Source of the DNA: Lingula anatina
Lineage: Eukaryota; Animalia; Brachiopoda
Length of the DNA stretch: 64,000 nucleotides
Direction: 5' to 3'
NCBI GenBank assembly: GCA_051362555.1
Contig: CM120642.1
Location: forward strand, 19,964,001-20,028,000
How positions within the stretch are numbered: the first letter of the stretch is position 1; every line of letters begins with the position of its first letter. Position numbers and translations under genes: made by a program. Shown piece by piece: positions 62,894-64,000 of this stretch. The notes beneath the pieces were generated by a model. That model was not told where the DNA came from. It made no database searches and saw only the letters and a program-made list of their open reading frames with translations.

Positions 62894-64000
62894 CTGAAAA
62901 AATGATTAATTAACAGGGTATTAGCACACAGCATGATGTCATGTGTTAACCCCACCCTTCAAAATAAAAAGGTTCTTTGTGGATTAAAAGCCAATTTAAA
63001 AGTTGACAAACCTCTTTAAGAATGTTATCTTGAGTTATCTGAAGATATAAATTTAAATTGAAAGACAAATTAATTATTTCCCCTTATAGTAAGTCCTTTT
63101 TTTTTGGATGGAATGTACTTAAGTATCTGCAAGCAATCTTTATGTGATAGTTTTTTTTACTTCTTTTACTTGTTATGATAATGGCCAATACCAAATAACA
63201 TTAATTTGAAAAATAATTGCATTCAACCTTTGTAATTTTCTTTCTTCATTTTTGCAGTTAAAGTTAGGAGGTCATCAAAAGAGAAACATAACTCGTTTTA
63301 TATTACACTGAAATGTTTTATCCAGTGAATTAGAATCATTCCAGTGAAAGAGATGATAAAAATGAATGTGAGCTGCAATTTAAGATTTCAGATCTTGAAC
63401 ATCCCCATGAAATTAAATTCATGAATGTTAAAACACATTGATCCAGATGCTTCTGATAGGCTCAAATAGTGAGGACATTACTTTCAAATGTCTGAAAGGT
63501 AAAAATGATTAACTTTTTAAAACCCACATTTATAGAATGCTACATGTATGGTATAAAACAGCTTTATATATATAAACTGTATTTCTTTTAAATAAAGACG
63601 GTGAGCAATGTACTTACACAAGTTTCACCATGCTTCTTAATCCTTGGGCATAAATGTTTTCAACCGCTTGAACACCCAATCCCTTGAACTTTTCTCCTTC
63701 TAAAGCACAATATTAAGGAAGCCAGCTGCTACGACACGTCAAAAGTATAAAGAACACCTTTGGACAAGAAGAATAAAGAGTCGTTGGATGCTCTATTTTT
63801 TTTTAATGCCAAATCACAGATGTTGTTATGTCCCAGATGGTACGATATCACTGCCTGATAAATCCGTCATCTTGATCGAAATATAGTCTGGCAAAAAACC
63901 AGAAACTGTGACTTCATGTATTGTCAGTACTGCTACTGCTGCATTCTAAAAATATTATGGTAAATGTTTTTTCTGTTGTCACTAGTAGGACTTCAGGCAC

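Noticed and set aside
63618-63700. Candidate upstream ABCC exon (donor gtaag at 63617)
   Set aside because: The open frame ends in a phase incompatible with the 62893 exon and does not resemble the ABCC4 N-terminal NP...AN..S..FF motif; the true first exon is probably outside the window.

Overview
AT-rich, intron-containing animal genomic DNA (invertebrate, probably a lophotrochozoan such as a mollusc; the taxon is inferred, not proven). Four spliced genes can be rebuilt by hand with GT-AG junctions and continuous reading frames. (1) TFIIIA/GTF3A, minus strand, 9 exons and 9 C2H2 fingers, with an unusual 10-residue Thr/Cys repeat tail. (2) OCA2/P-protein, plus strand, head-to-head with TFIIIA; its 5' region has a cluster of MITF/TFE-type TCATGTGA boxes. 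(3) A two-exon type II membrane DUF268-family putative methyltransferase. (4) An ABCC4/MRP4-like transporter, minus strand, 5' end outside the window; its frame is intact but both composite ATP sites are heavily degenerate, so it is a candidate pseudo-ATPase or regulatory ABCC. Mobile DNA is abundant: two inverted near-identical 3.3-4 kb Helentron/DINE-like elements with internal tandem arrays and shared nested insertions, a 2.8 kb TIR element with a 4-bp TSD in a TFIIIA intron, a 5'-truncated LINE with an uninterrupted RT ORF, and several MITE families. No rRNA, tRNA or CRISPR array was recognised.
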